From Octopus sinensis (taxonomy: Eukaryota), in assembly GCF_006345805.1 (NCBI RefSeq), contig NC_043000.1:27590001-27654000 (forward strand): 64,000 nucleotides of DNA, read 5' to 3'. The notes beneath the pieces are model-generated. The model made no database searches. It saw nothing but the letters and a program-made list of their open reading frames with translations, and had not been told where the DNA came from. The position numbers were made by a program, and so were the translations under genes. Positions 25,163 through 39,443 of the stretch are shown piece by piece (the first letter of the stretch is position 1; the number at the start of each line of letters is the position of its first letter).

Positions 25163-25198
25163 CAGTACCGGTTTCAGTCATTTAGACTTTTTCAACTG
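25163..25198 (-). ncRNA. Minimal hammerhead with U3-A8 core variant, in ~215-nt segment 25145-25360
   Basis: CAG-TTGAAAA-AGTC-TAAAT-GACT-GAAA-CCGG-T-A-CTG; palindromic stem III ACCGGT, GUA site. Confidence 0.65.
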
Positions 25199-25357
25199 TA
25201 AGTATGGAAAACAATTAAATTTTGCAAAAATATGGAAAATTAAGACCAATATGAGTTTATATTAGTTCCTATTGTAATTTGGAAGCCTAGGTTATGTGTT
25301 CGAAATGCATAAGGATGCTTAACCACAATGGAGCACCAGGAATCCCTTTAGCGCATT

Positions 25358-25394
<37 letters not shown>

Positions 25395-25429
25395 TGTGTG
25401 TGTGTGCGTGTGTGTGGTCGTGTGTGTAC

Positions 25430-26320
25430 CAACATTGTTCAGATTATTTTTTCCTGTTGAGAGAACATAGCGCGCTACAAGCAAAGAGACACATAACCTC
25501 ACACCCAACTTTTAATTTTTGAAATCCTACACACCCCACCGCGAATATCCTACCTATCAATGCTGTAGTCTATAGAACCACCCTCAAACTCTCCGATGGT
25601 ATTACAATACATTGCACGACTAAAACATCCATTGATTTAAGACAAGGTATATATTTCTTTACTACCCACAAAGGGCTAAACATAGAGGGGACAAACAAGG
25701 ACAGACAAAGGGATTAAGTCGATTACATCGACCCAGTGCGAAACTGGTACTTTATTTATCGACCCCGAGAGGATGAAAGGCAAAGTCGACCTCGGCGGAA
25801 TTTGTACTCAGAACGTAACGGCAGACGAAATACCGCTAAGCATTTCGCCCGGCGCGCTAACGTTTCAGCCAGCTCGCCTCCTTCTTAAGACAAGGTATAC
25901 ACAGATTATGCACTCTTTCAGGTGTAGGGATTGGGAAACATCTCCATCTCCCTGTTGCGTTTCATCTGGAAACAAATCGACCATTGGAATGCCTTGGCAG
26001 TATCTTGCCTTACTGGTCTGGATCTCGCAACTTCCATTTCTTCATTCACGAGAGAATCTGCATCAAGCTGCGGTGTGCATCAGCAGGAAGAATGAGCTAT
26101 CTTATTGTTGATGCATAAGGTACGTTCAGTGAATGAACTTCACGCTATTGACAGCAGACAATCCCGATATACTACCTTAGGTCTGGCTACTCTTGTGACA
26201 ATAGAGGATTCGTAGCCTTTCCCGCTTGTATAGACTACAGTCTCACCTATGCTGACCGTCCAAACACGATTTTAATTTCATGCTACGAGCCTACGAAAAT
26301 TTCAATCGCATGGTGCTGGG
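25430..26320 (-). pseudogene. Highly decayed LINE RT relic (RTE-like), interrupted by a SINE
   Basis: Only scattered resemblance to the RTE RT C-terminal region by hand translation. Confidence 0.35.
25652..25884 (-). mobile_element. SINE family A
   Basis: Full-length; 15-bp TSD TTAAGACAAGGTATA (25637-25651 and 25885-25899). Confidence 0.92.
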
Positions 26321-26611
26321 TCAAACAGTTATCAAATTATATATATACATACATACATACATACATACACACATACATACACACACACACACAAACACAC
26401 ACACATATATATATATATAATATATATATATATATATTATATATATTCCGTGCTGCATTTCAGCAGCGTGGAATTTTGTCAGTGAAACGGTCGCGGTTTC
26501 AAACCGACGAAAATATTTTGACAAATTAAATTAAAATTTTGAAGTGAGCCTGACAGTTTTTTTATGTGTTTTAAAATGGCTTATAAATACCTTCCACGCT
26601 GCAATTGTTTA

Positions 26612-26649
<38 letters not shown>

Positions 26650-28304
26650 AAGATGAGGGATATAATGTCCAGGAAGATACCGAATTCTTCTCAGTAAAAT
26701 TCAAAGGCTGGTCCCCTTTTAGTTGGTGAGTGCTTTGCTAAACTTCCTCGGGCTCCCATCCGATGTTACAGTTTATTTCTTGGCAACTTAGAAATTAATA
26801 TTGAGTTGAATTTTCTTCTTCCACTCGCTCAACTAATCAACTACTAAAATGTTTATCAGAGAGTTCATTAATGTAGGCAATGTTTCATTTGCTGAGGTAG
26901 ATGATCTTGCTTGAGAAAACTGTTGTCTAATCTTTTCGAATATTTGAAACGTTTAAAAGATTGCACTTCAAAAAGGTTAAAGTAAGTCGACAGCAAAAGA
27001 ATAAAGCAATACGATTGGTTAAGAACAACTTGCATGGTCGGGTTGTCAAGAAAGCAATTAACAAAAAAAATATAACTAAAATAAAAATCTACTTTTCTTT
27101 TTCCCGATTTTCAAGTAATTCCTTTTCTCTACTACTCACACTATAATCCTTTTTGTGTGTCTTTCACATTTTGCTGTGTCTAACTTCTTCACCTTTCCTA
27201 TTTGCACAGTTTCAATCACCCTCTTTCAGTTCTATCGCGTATTTAGCTTCTAATGCGACAAATTAATCTTTCCATAAAAACTGATTACTTTATTTATTTG
27301 AAATTTCTGCAGTCTCATTCTCCCATGTCCAGAATTTTAGGCATTACTCCTCTCACGTCTGATGTGTCATTAAATTTTATATCATATTACCTTTTCCCTT
27401 TCCTCAGGCATACTATGCCTTTTCCATTCATATTCTGTTTAAGTTCAAATTTTATATAGAATCCCTTCTGTTTCTAGTTAATATCACTGTTATAAAAACA
27501 ATATTTCACTTGCTTTATAACTCATAAAATCAGACAAATATACAGAACAGCTTACCATTGCAAATATACATATCGACCACTATCATTCCCATATCCGTTT
27601 GTCTGACTTTTCTGTCTGTCTTACTAACTTCAGCATACGTGATCTTCAATATACCAACGGAGTTAATGTAAAATATATTATGTTATTACGAGAAATCATA
27701 CCATTCAGTGGTTCTTCTGAATTTACCATTTTTTACAGACATGTATATACAGGGTGAATCTCTCATTCTTGTATTGATCTCTTTATGATTCCTTATTATT
27801 TCTTTCAACTCGCACGCACACACACACACACACACACATACACAGGCCATACACTCACGCACAGGCCATACTTATACACAGGCCATACATGCACACATAG
27901 GCCACAGACACACACATAGACATACTGACTCTGGAACCTAACATCAACCATCACCCAAACCACTCTACACTTAAATTAATCTTAACCACCTCATTACACA
28001 CACACTCTCACACAAATTATAATATGTGGCAGCAGCAATGTCGAACTGCCGAGCATATTCGAAGTAGCACGCATGCGCAGAGAAAACGTTTCGCGAATTG
28101 ATTTCTGTAAATAAGAGAGACTAAGCCCGCCAAAAAGGTGTATGTATTCTACGTTGGATTTCTGCTGCTAATTAATATACTTAAAACCCACTACACATGA
28201 AACACGTCTTCATTTGATTTATGGCCGTTTCCGCATCATACTTGGTGTTTCCCATATGTGCATATATGTATGTGTGTATATATGCATGTATGTATATATG
28301 TATG

Positions 28305-28786
28305 TATGTTGTATGGTCAGGTCGTCGGCGACTAAACCGACAACCCACCAAGCTTGTTTGATGAGGAGGATGAAAAACAAAACCCGTCAAAGGGCAGAGG
28401 AACTCTTGAGAGTTAACGGCCATCCAATAAATGCCTTAACGCTGTATCATGCGCGGGGACAAAGAAATAATCGAACTGAATATCCGATCGCGCGGTTAAA
28501 CCATTGGGAGTGAAGGACTCCTAGCCTTTGTTAGGGCATCCTTCTAAGAGAAGGTAACTCAGGTAACTGGGATAACTCCGACATAAAACCTGCGGCTCAG
28601 TGGTTACCGATGATGTTGACTTGTTCTTCTTTTCGGATTATGGCTGCTGTTGCTTAGTGAGTGGGATTGACTCAGTGCACAGCCTTTTCTCACTTTAAAA
28701 AAAATCCTTGCACAGGCATTGCACGATAACAACATTGGTTAAGCTTCGTGCAGTGGCCATACTCGATAACGAGGGGGCAGCCACCA
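28305..28786 (+). mobile_element. Non-coding retroposon, probably RTE-derived, in (TATG)n
   Basis: Relatively GC-rich island between TATG repeats; GGGCATCCTTCTAAGAGAAGGTAACTC resembles RTE 5'UTR motifs; 3' CTCG-ATAA-CGAG stem-loop plus GGGGCAGCC resembles RTE tails. Confidence 0.5.
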
Positions 28787-29149
28787 TATATGTATGTATG
28801 TACGTGCAGATTTGTATGTTTTGCTTTATGTATGTATTCTCATGCCTGTAGTTGCATATCTAGACATGCTCATATATATTTAAATGATAAACTTCCGGAA
28901 AGTTTTACAGAATTTTACAGTTCCATTAATGGATTGGATCTGCAGTTTTCGAATTAGCTTTCTCCTTTCTGGTTTTCAGAAGCCTAATTTCTCAAGATTG
29001 ATATTTAGGCAGTGTGTATGTACGTACATATGTATGTATGTCCATCCTGTTTTTAATCAATTAGATTAAGGAGCTGAATTCTCCATATTTGGAATAAAGA
29101 TAGCAAAAACAATGTCACATTTTAAACCGAAAAATGTATTGCATTGTTT

Positions 29150-29345
29150 TACTGCATGTTTGCATGTATGTATGTATGTTTGCATGTATGTATGTATGTA
29201 TGTATGTATATATGTATGTATGATTGCATGTATGTATGTATGTATGAATGTATGTTTGTATGTATGTATGTATGTATGTATGTATATATGTATGTATGTA
29301 TGTGTTTGTGTTTGCTTGTTTGTGTTAGTATATGCGTGTGTATGT
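29150..29345. repeat. (TATG)n microsatellite
   Basis: Directly visible. Confidence 0.95.
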
Positions 29346-30500
29346 GCTTACATTTGTGTATATTATATGCATATGCAAAAACCGCTAGAACAAACTACAA
29401 GTGCATCGACGAATTTTTAACTGTGGATTGTATTTTCCGTTTGGTGTGAAACTGCAAATAAATTCACCTGATTTTCAAACAAACATTTTGCTTACTAGTC
29501 AGAATTTCCTATTCTAAATAAATATATATATACACGGTATTATGCATGTACAATAATAGAAATATAATTTGTGAAATGTCTGGTGACTTACTTCATTATA
29601 AAAATATTGTTATATGAATTCAGACATTCTACATTATATATTTTACATTAATAATAATTGAAAAACAAAGTCGGTATAAGCACAGCATTGTAAAATACAA
29701 ACAGGAATACAATATACGTGCAAATAGAAGCACACCGATTTACTCGCATACATACGCATTAGAAATACACAAATATGCATACATACACGTTAAAGATACA
29801 AGAGCAAATACTTAAAGAAATGTAGATCAGTTACCTGAAATTTTGATAACACGTGAGTGCGCAATGATTATTGTTAAGCATGATTTTGCAAACATTCATA
29901 CATCAATGTATATTATTTCATACACATATATAAATCTTCATATCAATATCATACATCTATATATGCATACGCGCAAACAAACTTATACATCATTCAAAAT
30001 TATTTTGAAGAAATAGTAACCGAAGTATGTTATAGCACACTGTAAAATTGTATTATACATTAGAGTTAATGCATTCCTCTCACGACTGGGTAATACATAA
30101 CAACGCTTTTGGAGCGTCAATGCTGATGCTAGTATTTGGAATACTTGGTTGTTCTATAGAGAAGTATGTATTCCATGGATAATAAAACTTTAAACTATAA
30201 GTTTTCACAGAATCAGTGATAGTCACAGGTTCTATGTTGGAATAAATCCATAGAGGAAGGGGCTTCAGATTTGTTCAAACAGTTTTCTGTGTTGTGTGAC
30301 ATCACTAAGATTCTTAAACAAAACCACAGTAGAAATATGAAAGCCGTCAACGAAATGCAACCAAATAAATTGGGATACATGCGAGTCGGTAGTGGACTCC
30401 TGATAAATTCTTGTATAAACCTAGAAGTGCAGGACAAGCATATGGCAACAACGAATGCTAACCATTGTTATGTTTTTCGCCATCTTGAAGCAGGTGATAA

Positions 30501-30720
30501 TATTCTTTTCTACTATAAGCACAAGGCCTGAAATTTGGAGAAGGGGGCTAGTGGATTACACCGACTGCAATGTTTCACTGGTACTTAATCTATCGACCCC
30601 AAAAGGATTAAGGCAAAGTCGATTTCGGCGGAACTGGAACTTAGAACGACAAGACCAATGACATGCTGCTAAGCATTTTGTCCCGTGTGCCAACGATTCT
30701 GCCACCTCGTCACCTTTCAG
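30501..30720 (-). mobile_element. SINE family A (diverged)
   Basis: Homology to 6915-7138; TSD GCAGGTGATAA. Confidence 0.8.
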
Positions 30721-30798
30721 GCAGGTGATAACACTAACATGAAGTGTAACCTCTCTTGGACTTGTATAAAAAAAATAACGTCATCTATCAAGCATTAA

Positions 30799-31313
30799 CC
30801 CCTTGACGCCGGTATTACCCGAAGCATGCGAGACACTGCTCCGGTATTTTTTTATCTAATGAGGCCACTCAAGTACCAACGAGCTGGCGTCTATTTACGG
30901 TCACCGTTACAATAACAGAGCGTCATACATTTAAGTCTACCGGTTTATGAAAACGAACTATGTGAAGCTATTTATCATAATATGATATGCATGAGTAATT
31001 CTGCTGAAGTTCAGAAAATAGTTTGAATGTGGTAGAACTCAAAACACGGTATTATGCATGTAAAGTATCCGCATGTCATTGGTCTACTGCTAGTCTCATG
31101 ACTTGAACGTAACCTAAAATAGCTAAGATAATGCACGGGACGGCGAGCGCGTGCACCTCAAGAGATAAAGTACGCGACAGCGAACGTAAACAAACGTCAG
31201 CCACTAAGAAGTCCGTGGTAGATGTAGTACAGCTCTACATCGTATATCTACGTTAACCGCGGGTAGGCAAGCAAAAGTGTGATCGCATATTTGCGTCAAC
31301 CGTTGTCAAGGGG
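30799..31313. mobile_element. piggyBac-type MITE
   Basis: TTAA|CCCCTTGAC...GTCAAGGGG|TTAA: TTAA TSD, CCC/GGG termini, imperfect TIR extending to ~30 bp. Confidence 0.8.
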
Positions 31314-32020
31314 TTAAGTTTTGGAAGCCAAGAGCATGAGATAGCTATGAATTATCGGATATAAAACAAATAAGAAAAAGTGAAACGTTTAAATTCTAAA
31401 GAGGCAAAAATAAATATGAATTATGTCATTTTCTATGGAGGACATAAAACAGCCATCCAAAATGTCATTGTATTATTACCTTACTTCTACCTCACAGTGT
31501 CATGTTGTAACCTAAAATAATTTAAAATACCTTCGCAAAATACAATGCCATGGATATATATACGAACAATACCGTTGCCGTTTAATACATACCAACGAAA
31601 GGAATATAGGTGGAATATTCCTATAATAAATACTACGATTAACAAATATAACTTGCCTGACATAATTGTATAGTGGAAAGAAGAAACGTCTTCATATAGT
31701 CACTGAGGTTATCCGTTCTACAGATGTCAACATATCTATGAAATTCTTGGAGAATATTTTTTCACAACTACTTCGAAATCTGCAGCTTCACTCCTCTGAT
31801 TCTATATTACTATTCATATCAATACTTATCGGTGCATTGGCTTCTATTAGGAAATATCTAAGTAACCATCTAGAAAAGTGCGGGTCTTTGAGTAACGAAA
31901 GAGCCCGGTTAACCCCCTAATACAGATACAATCTGTAACTGGAATGATAAAAATATGAAAGATTTTTCAATGTTCATCATGTAATATATATGCATAAGTA
32001 TGTATATACGTGTATACATG

Positions 32021-32063
<43 letters not shown>

Positions 32064-32269
32064 TAGACATTCAAGTAGGATATAAAGATTGCATTTCAGT
32101 TAGATATAAGATTGCCTTCTGGTACAACTGCTGCCTTCATCGGTAATAACTATGGCAACTGCATGTTTGTGACTTGTATTTGTCGTTCGCCTTAAGGCGC
32201 TTTCGGAATAATTAAGCCTGCTGTAATTATTTCGTACATCAAAGAATTATATTTGAAATGTGACATCAT

Positions 32270-32900
32270 GTCTTACCGAATATCGAAACATATGTAACAA
32301 TTGAAATTAGAGAATATCAATTTCAAGCCCTTGGTCTTGTAGGTGACATGGAGGACTGGAAGCCATCTGGATATTGAGGAATGTTTCTTGTGTCACGGTG
32401 ATTCGCTCCGAGTTTCAAAACATGGACATCATGACAGATTCTCAACGCTGTATAAACATTGTAAATGGTTTAGGCTGTGAAATAGACAGCTGGAACAGAG
32501 GCTACGAAGCCATGACCAGGGAGAAGAAGTAGGGCAGGCGTTGTGAATGCGTTCATACGCTTCGATTCATCCTCACATCTTGGAACAGGAACTTAGACTA
32601 AATTCAGACCGCTATGTGAAGCTGCTAGTATCTGTTGTTAATACCTGGCTGGAGGGGGTTGCTGCAGGAAGTCCATATGTGCCGCAAGCAGGATTTAGCA
32701 TTTGCCATAAGAGAAAGCGGCAGCAGTAGTTGTCGGAAAATGTCTACGACTTAGCCAGTCCCAAATACTACCGCCATATTCCTTCTATTATAATCCCATG
32801 CATTACTGTGTGTGGCGCGCAGTTGGGGGTCAAGAATGAGGATGATCTAGAAAAATTTCCCAAGGACACCGTGAGGCAGGAAAGCTGAGGCTTGCTACTT
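32270..32900 (+). pseudogene. Tc1/mariner (maT/DD37D-like) transposase relic
   Basis: HPHILEQELRLNSDRYVKLLVSVVNTWLEGVAAGSPYV..; downstream LSENVYD and NPMHYCVW-like segments. Confidence 0.6.
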
Positions 32901-33188
32901 TGAGTAGCGTGTTATCTCCTAGGCAGAATCTATTTCGCATTTTCTAATTTTCTCATTTTTTTTATTGTGGGACGGTATTCTGTATTTTCTTTAATTTTAT
33001 GCAAATTTCATATTTATCCAGAACAACTCACACATACACACACACACACATACACACACATACATATACATACATATATATAAATAAAAAAAAGGGGAAC
33101 AAACATCTTCCACGCTGCAATTATTTTTGTTTCAGTCAGATCAAGCCACTTGGTATGCAAGTACATCTCCGTAATATAAATACATATA

Positions 33189-33228
<40 letters not shown>

Positions 33229-33294
33229 GTGTATGAAAGGTATTGGTGTCAAGGACACCCAAAGGTATCAGGAAATGCTTGAGTGAGTGCTAGG

Positions 33295-33502
33295 GACAGC
33301 AAGGATTTAAACAGTGAGCGACAAACAAGGACAGAAAAAGGTATTAAGTCGATTACATCGACCCCAGTGCGAAATTGGTACTTTATTTATCGACCTCGAA
33401 AGGATGAAGGGCAAAGTCGATCTTGGCGGAATTTGAACTCAAAACGTAACGACAGACGAAGCATGTCGCCCGGTGCGTTAACGTGTCTGCCAGCTCGCCG
33501 CT
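33295..33502 (-). mobile_element. SINE family A
   Basis: Homology to 2079-2310. Confidence 0.85.
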
Positions 33503-33589
33503 TTCTATGCACAGACTACAGTTAAACTCAAGGTTCGATAATGATACGAATGAGGAATCCAACTCAGGTCGTGTATTAGCATGTTTATA

Positions 33590-33842
<253 letters not shown>

Positions 33843-33933
33843 AGTTAATACAAACAAGAAAGCACAAAAAAACACAACAACGCGAGGACGTGGAACAAAT
33901 ATAGTATTATTGGACTCTCAGGAAAGAAGGAGG

Positions 33934-33968
33934 GTCTAACGTTTCGAGTGGAGCTCTTCGTCGGAAAC
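33934..33968 (-). ncRNA. Minimal hammerhead-like motif in element 33843-34045
   Basis: GTTT-CCGACGA-A-GAGC-TCC-ACTC-GAAA-CGT-T-AGAC; stem I retained through a U-G pair; element flanked by (TA)n on both sides. Confidence 0.6.
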
Positions 33969-34046
33969 ATAGGAGAAGGAAGATCAAGAGAAGGGAAGAC
34001 AGATGGAAAAAATCGCCAACGGTACACACGCGATCACATTTCATAA

Positions 34047-34116
<70 letters not shown>

Positions 34117-34119
<3 letters not shown>

Positions 34120-34563
34120 CGTAAATATAAGAGAGTTAACGTTAAGTGGTTAACTCTAGTGCTAGAATTAGCTCCTTATTCTGGTATAGCCAGCGAAGTT
34201 GTTTCCACAGAAGAAATAACATTACCTTGAACGCAAGGAAAGCGAAATACAACGAAAAGATAGATTAATGCTGAACAATTGTTTCTTTATCAACATCATA
34301 TGCAATTATACTCACATATTTGTCTATAAGTCATCGGCAGCATTTGTCCTCGATACAATTTATCAGACCCTCACGGGCGATAAATATCCACGCGGTCTGA
34401 TCGATTGCATACATAGTTGTGGTTTAGCTTCCCGCCAAAAGCATGCCAAACTCTCTTATATTTACGTATAAATTTGAACTGTCTCCCTGTTTTTTATGTG
34501 CTAGACCACTTGGTGTTAAACTGACGGTATTATTAAATTAATATCTAATTTTTCACCCTCATT

Positions 34564-34566
<3 letters not shown>
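34117..34566. mobile_element. (TA)n-embedded element with short inverted arm
   Basis: TACGTAAATATAAGAGAGTT (34118) is the reverse complement of 34449-34468; right end ..TTAAACTGAC..ATTAAATTAATATCTAATTTTTCACCCTCATTT resembles 48110-48165. Confidence 0.6.
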
Positions 34567-34624
<58 letters not shown>

Positions 34625-34829
34625 CAAAGTAAAGATAATCTGTATCCCTGTTGAATTTTCTAAATATACTTTTTCCAATTATTGGAATGAAAGTTTGCAC
34701 TTTCTCTTCCATTGAAGTTCATGCATCTTTTATCAATATTAAAAGTAAAGTCTAATGCGTAAACACCCACATTCGCGTTGTATTTCTCTCTCTTCTCCTT
34801 CTCTCCCTCCGCCTCACTCTCGCGCTCTC

Positions 34830-34832
34830 CCC

Positions 34833-34884
<52 letters not shown>

Positions 34885-34915
34885 CTATCTGTCTATCTTC
34901 TGTTTGTCTATCTAG

Positions 34916-34954
<39 letters not shown>

Positions 34955-34955
34955 G

Positions 34956-34998
<43 letters not shown>

Positions 34999-35020
34999 CT
35001 GTCTGTCTATCTATCTATTT
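34830..35020. repeat. (CT)n plus (TATC)n microsatellite
   Basis: Directly visible. Confidence 0.95.
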
Positions 35021-35494
35021 CTGTGTTACTCAGTTACATTTAAACCACTTTCATTCGTGACATTTCATTCATTCTGTCTTTCAACTGGTGGTTTCTGTCG
35101 TATTCGACCTATGTCTTTCACACATACATCGTCACACACTCACACGCTCATACACCCAAACACACACACTAATAAATATATATTTATACATTTATACACA
35201 GAAATACACATACATACATATATATGCACATATATCTGTGTAATACGTATGTACGTGTGTGTGTGTGATGGGTGTGTTTGTGTGTATTAATGTATAAAGG
35301 TATATATAACTACACACACACACACGCATACACACACACATATATATATATATATATGTAAATGTAATATCTACATGTGTATATTTGCTTATATCTACTT
35401 ATGTCTGTCTTTCTCTTTATCTCTCCGTCTCTCCCTCTTAATATGTGTGTGTTTACGTGCGCGCACGTACTTATTTGTTCTTTGTTGCTTCTTG

Positions 35495-35750
35495 AGCCAT
35501 GCCTGGCTCATAAAGGTCGGTTTCCCGATTTCGCTAGCGTTTGGGCTCGTCAGTAGTGAGCTGCAAGACGCAGGAGGAGAAAAGATTGACAGAATGTTGT
35601 GGTGAAAGAGTCAGCAGAATTTCGCCATTACTTTCTGCCGGAGCTTCATTGAACTTAAGTGTTTCGCTCGTAAACACATACATCGCCCGGTCTGAGATTC
35701 GAATCCACGATCCGCTGCTCTTGCAACTAGGCCATGTGACTCCACGCACG
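35495..35750 (-). mobile_element. SINE related to family C (different 3' tail)
   Basis: GGCCTAGTTGC..GGATTCGAATCTCAGACCGGGCG..CACTTAAG shared with the family C 5' part. Confidence 0.7.
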
Positions 35751-36307
35751 TATTTCTACACATGTGTATAAGTCTCCTTGTAATCCATTGCAATACAAAA
35801 ACAAACTGAACAAAGAAAAAGCAACTCATAATTTCACTTCGAGATTCGTTTCAAGCAACTGAGAGCATACGAACGATGTTTCTGATATTTCCTTTACAGT
35901 GTCTGAAAAGAAAATTACCTGAAATTTAAAAGGGAGATAAAAAAAAAAGGAACTAAAATATAATTTGCCACTTTTATCGTAAAAATATTTTACGGAGAGA
36001 TATTTAAAGAAAGATCTAGCCTCTTCAAATTGAAATTTAATTTATTTTACTCAGCTTTGTCAATTTTAGAAACACTTGAGCTGAAGTTAGAGAATGTTTT
36101 TTTTTTCTAATATTGTCATAAATTTCTTTATGAAAGAGGTTTTCATTTATTCGATCACGGAATATTATGGGTTTAGCATTTCAATTTCCTAGTTTTATAT
36201 TTTGTATTAAGAATTTCTAAATTGTGTATAAATGTGCGGATTAATTTTTGGATGTATATAGTGATACACCTCGCGTATGTGTGTATGTATGTATGTATGT
36301 ATGTATG

Positions 36308-36341
<34 letters not shown>

Positions 36342-36536
36342 TGTTTGTATGTATGGATGTATGGATGTATGTATGTGCGCGCACGCGTGTTTCCTTGCTC
36401 ATCTGTGAATGTATGATGTATTTTATGATTTTCCTTTTCGAATTTAATATCATCTACGAAGAAACTCGCTAGTCTTATTTTTTATGTTATTTGAAGAGAG
36501 TTGTTGGATGTCTCTGTTTCTTGCACCTTGTTAATA

Positions 36537-36752
36537 CGAGTAAGTGCTGAAAAGTTCCCGGTTTAGGATAAAAGATATACAGGAGGACCAGTTAATCCTG
36601 TTTGTATTCAGCATATTCAACTCTCAGGTTCAAACACTTATTGTAGCTCTCCTTCAGTTTTTCTAAACCCTATAAAAGAACTTGGAAGGTTGGGCCTTCA
36701 GCTTGCCCTTACGCAAGATCCATAAAACCAGGAACTTTTCAGCAATACCTCG
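36537..36752. mobile_element. mariner-type MITE
   Basis: TA|CGAGTAAGTGCTGAAAAGTTCCCGGTTT ... AAACCAGGAACTTTTCAGCAATACCTCG|TA. Confidence 0.8.
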
Positions 36753-37009
36753 TATAATTGTATATGTGTACGTGTTTTACATATGCCTCTGAGTGGACAA
36801 TAATGTACTTGTGTGCGTGGTTGTCATTATAACATACAAGTTTTTGTTTCGTTACCCTTTATGTCAATATATTAACCCAGGAAATTCAACTGGAGAATTG
36901 CTGGAAATTTTACAAATATTCAAAGTAGAAATTTTCAGTGGAGAAAACAAATCAGATTGTTTTGTTATTTTTGAGAGAAGCCGAACGTTTCTACGTTGCT
37001 ACAGTTCTG

Positions 37010-37190
37010 TGCAACCCCCTTCGATTATTATGTGTGGGGTGCATTTGAGCGAGAGATAAACAAAACTCCTTGTAACACCAAAGATGAACTGCAGGCAAGG
37101 ATTATGGCAGCATTCACCGACAAGAGTTACAGGAGGTTCCGTAGTCGTCTGGAGGCCGTGTTTGGAGGGAATGGCGATTTCATTGAATAA
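37010..37190 (+). pseudogene. maT/DD37D-like transposase C-terminus
   Basis: PFDYYVWGAFEREINKTPCNTKDELQARIMAAF..RRFRSRLEAVFGGNGDFIE*. Confidence 0.75.
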
Positions 37191-37235
37191 ATTTACTATT
37201 TAGTATTTCAAGATGTAATATATATATATATATAT

Positions 37236-37267
<32 letters not shown>

Positions 37268-37277
37268 ATATACACAC

Positions 37278-37310
<33 letters not shown>

Positions 37311-38024
37311 ATGTGTGTGTGTGTGTCTATGTGTGTGTATATATATATATATGTATGAGTGCGTGTATGATTGCATATATGCATAAATATATAGGTATGT
37401 GTGTATGTGTATGTATATGTGTGTGTATGTGTGTATATATATGTACACCGTACCACCTATGAGAACTGAATATGTGATCTCACCACAAAGGTTAACTTTT
37501 AAGAAGAATATAAGAATGCTGAACATTCCTAAATATTCCATTTCTTTATTCTTGATAGACTTAAATCTTCCCCCACTGTTCTCAATTACTATTAGATTTA
37601 TATTTTATTGTTATTTTGTATTCTATTTTTATTTAATTTTTTCTTGATTCGATTTACAATTTTCCTCTCTTCCTTCTCCTTCTTCGCTTTCTTTCATCCT
37701 TCTTGCTGTTGTTGTTGTTGTTCTTCATCCCCTTCTTTTACTTCCTCTTCTTCTTCACGCAAGCTCGTGTATTCTTTATATACGTAAATATATATGTTTA
37801 ATTTAATTTTTTATATTCTTTTATTTCTTATATTCTCTTCTAATCTCTGTGCATATTTTTTCGTACGTAAACTTGTAAGAAAAACATCTTTTGCTATTTG
37901 AGCAACCAGTAAAACATACATTTTCTAGTTTGAAAGCGGCTAATCGAAACTCATATCAGATTAAATCACTGTAAACATTATTATTAAGATTAAAATAAAA
38001 ATGATTCCCCCCAAAAAGCCATCT

Positions 38025-38360
38025 CTACTCCTCTTTACTCTTTTACTTGTTTCAGTCTTCTGACTGTGGCCATCTTGGAGCACCGCCTTTAGTCGAGCAT
38101 ATCGACCTCAGGGCTTATTCTTTGTAAGCCTAGTACTTATTCTATCAGTCTCTTTTGCCGAACCGCTACGTTACGGGGACGTAAACACACCAGCATCGGC
38201 TTTCAAGTGATGTTGGGGAACAAACACAGACAGACAAACATATAAATACACATACATATATATGCATATATACGACGGGCTTCTTTCAGTTTCCCTCTAC
38301 CAAATCCACTCACAAGGCTTTGGTTGTTTGGTTGGCCCGAGGTTATAGGAGAAGACACTT
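38025..38360 (-). mobile_element. SINE family B (head missing, abuts (TATG)n 38363-38495)
   Basis: Homology to 54430-54820. Confidence 0.85.
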
Positions 38361-39346
38361 GATGTATGTATGTATGTATGTATGTATGTATGTATGTATG
38401 TATGTATGTATGTATGTATGTATGTATGTATGTATGTACGTATGTATGTATGTATGTATGTATGCATGCATGCATGTATGTATGTATGTATGTATGTTTA
38501 GTAGAATAAAGTTCGATTGTGCAAAATCAGCTTTAAACTTTGATATACAGGACAGCAATATTTTCTTCAAAATAGAAGCATTATGCTCTATGAGTAGATA
38601 AAGCGAAACATGTATATATCATCTAATGCATCTCAGCTTCTCATTTAAAGAGGAAGTATCTAATGGTGATATAATTGCACAAAATACTACTTCGTATATT
38701 ATTTCTATAGATGTAGTTTTGAGTAAATAAAAAATAAATTCTGCTGATAAAACACGTACAATATATATTATAATGTATTTAGTATAGTCACAAAATGCAG
38801 GGCATTGTAAAACTGTCACGCTTGCAATTGCCCACGGTAAGTTAGAGAAATCTACTCTGGTGGAATTGAAATGAATGCGGATTTGAAAAAGGAAAAAAAA
38901 AAATTGAAAATAATATGTAACATTTAACAAGATTTAAAATTGGGTCTAGTGCACCTTTAGAACGTGAAGTGGAAATAGCTAACAATGTAATATATTTTGG
39001 ACGAGAGTACAAAAGGTAAAGTAAACACGTGTTTGTTTACGTTAAATTACCACTATTGCAACGTATTAATTGTATCGGAAGCCATCGTAAACTTTTAAGT
39101 AGCAGATAAAAGATACACTGTTGGAAATATAATTGATTTGGAAAAAATAGATGGAAGACATTTTGAATAGCTAATAAAAATAAAATAGACATAACGGATT
39201 TAGACTTAATTTAAATACGAATGGATCCGTGAAATTGATTGTATATCTGTAAAAACGTATGTAAAAAAAAAACCGTGTGTTATTTTAAGACAAACCCCAT
39301 GAAGACCAACAGATATTGTATGAAAACCTTTACAGTTAAATATACT

Positions 39347-39349
<3 letters not shown>

Positions 39350-39443
<94 letters not shown>

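Noticed and set aside
27556-27660. Minus-strand exon ending at a strong GTAAG donor
   Set aside because: No convincing acceptor and no recognisable peptide.
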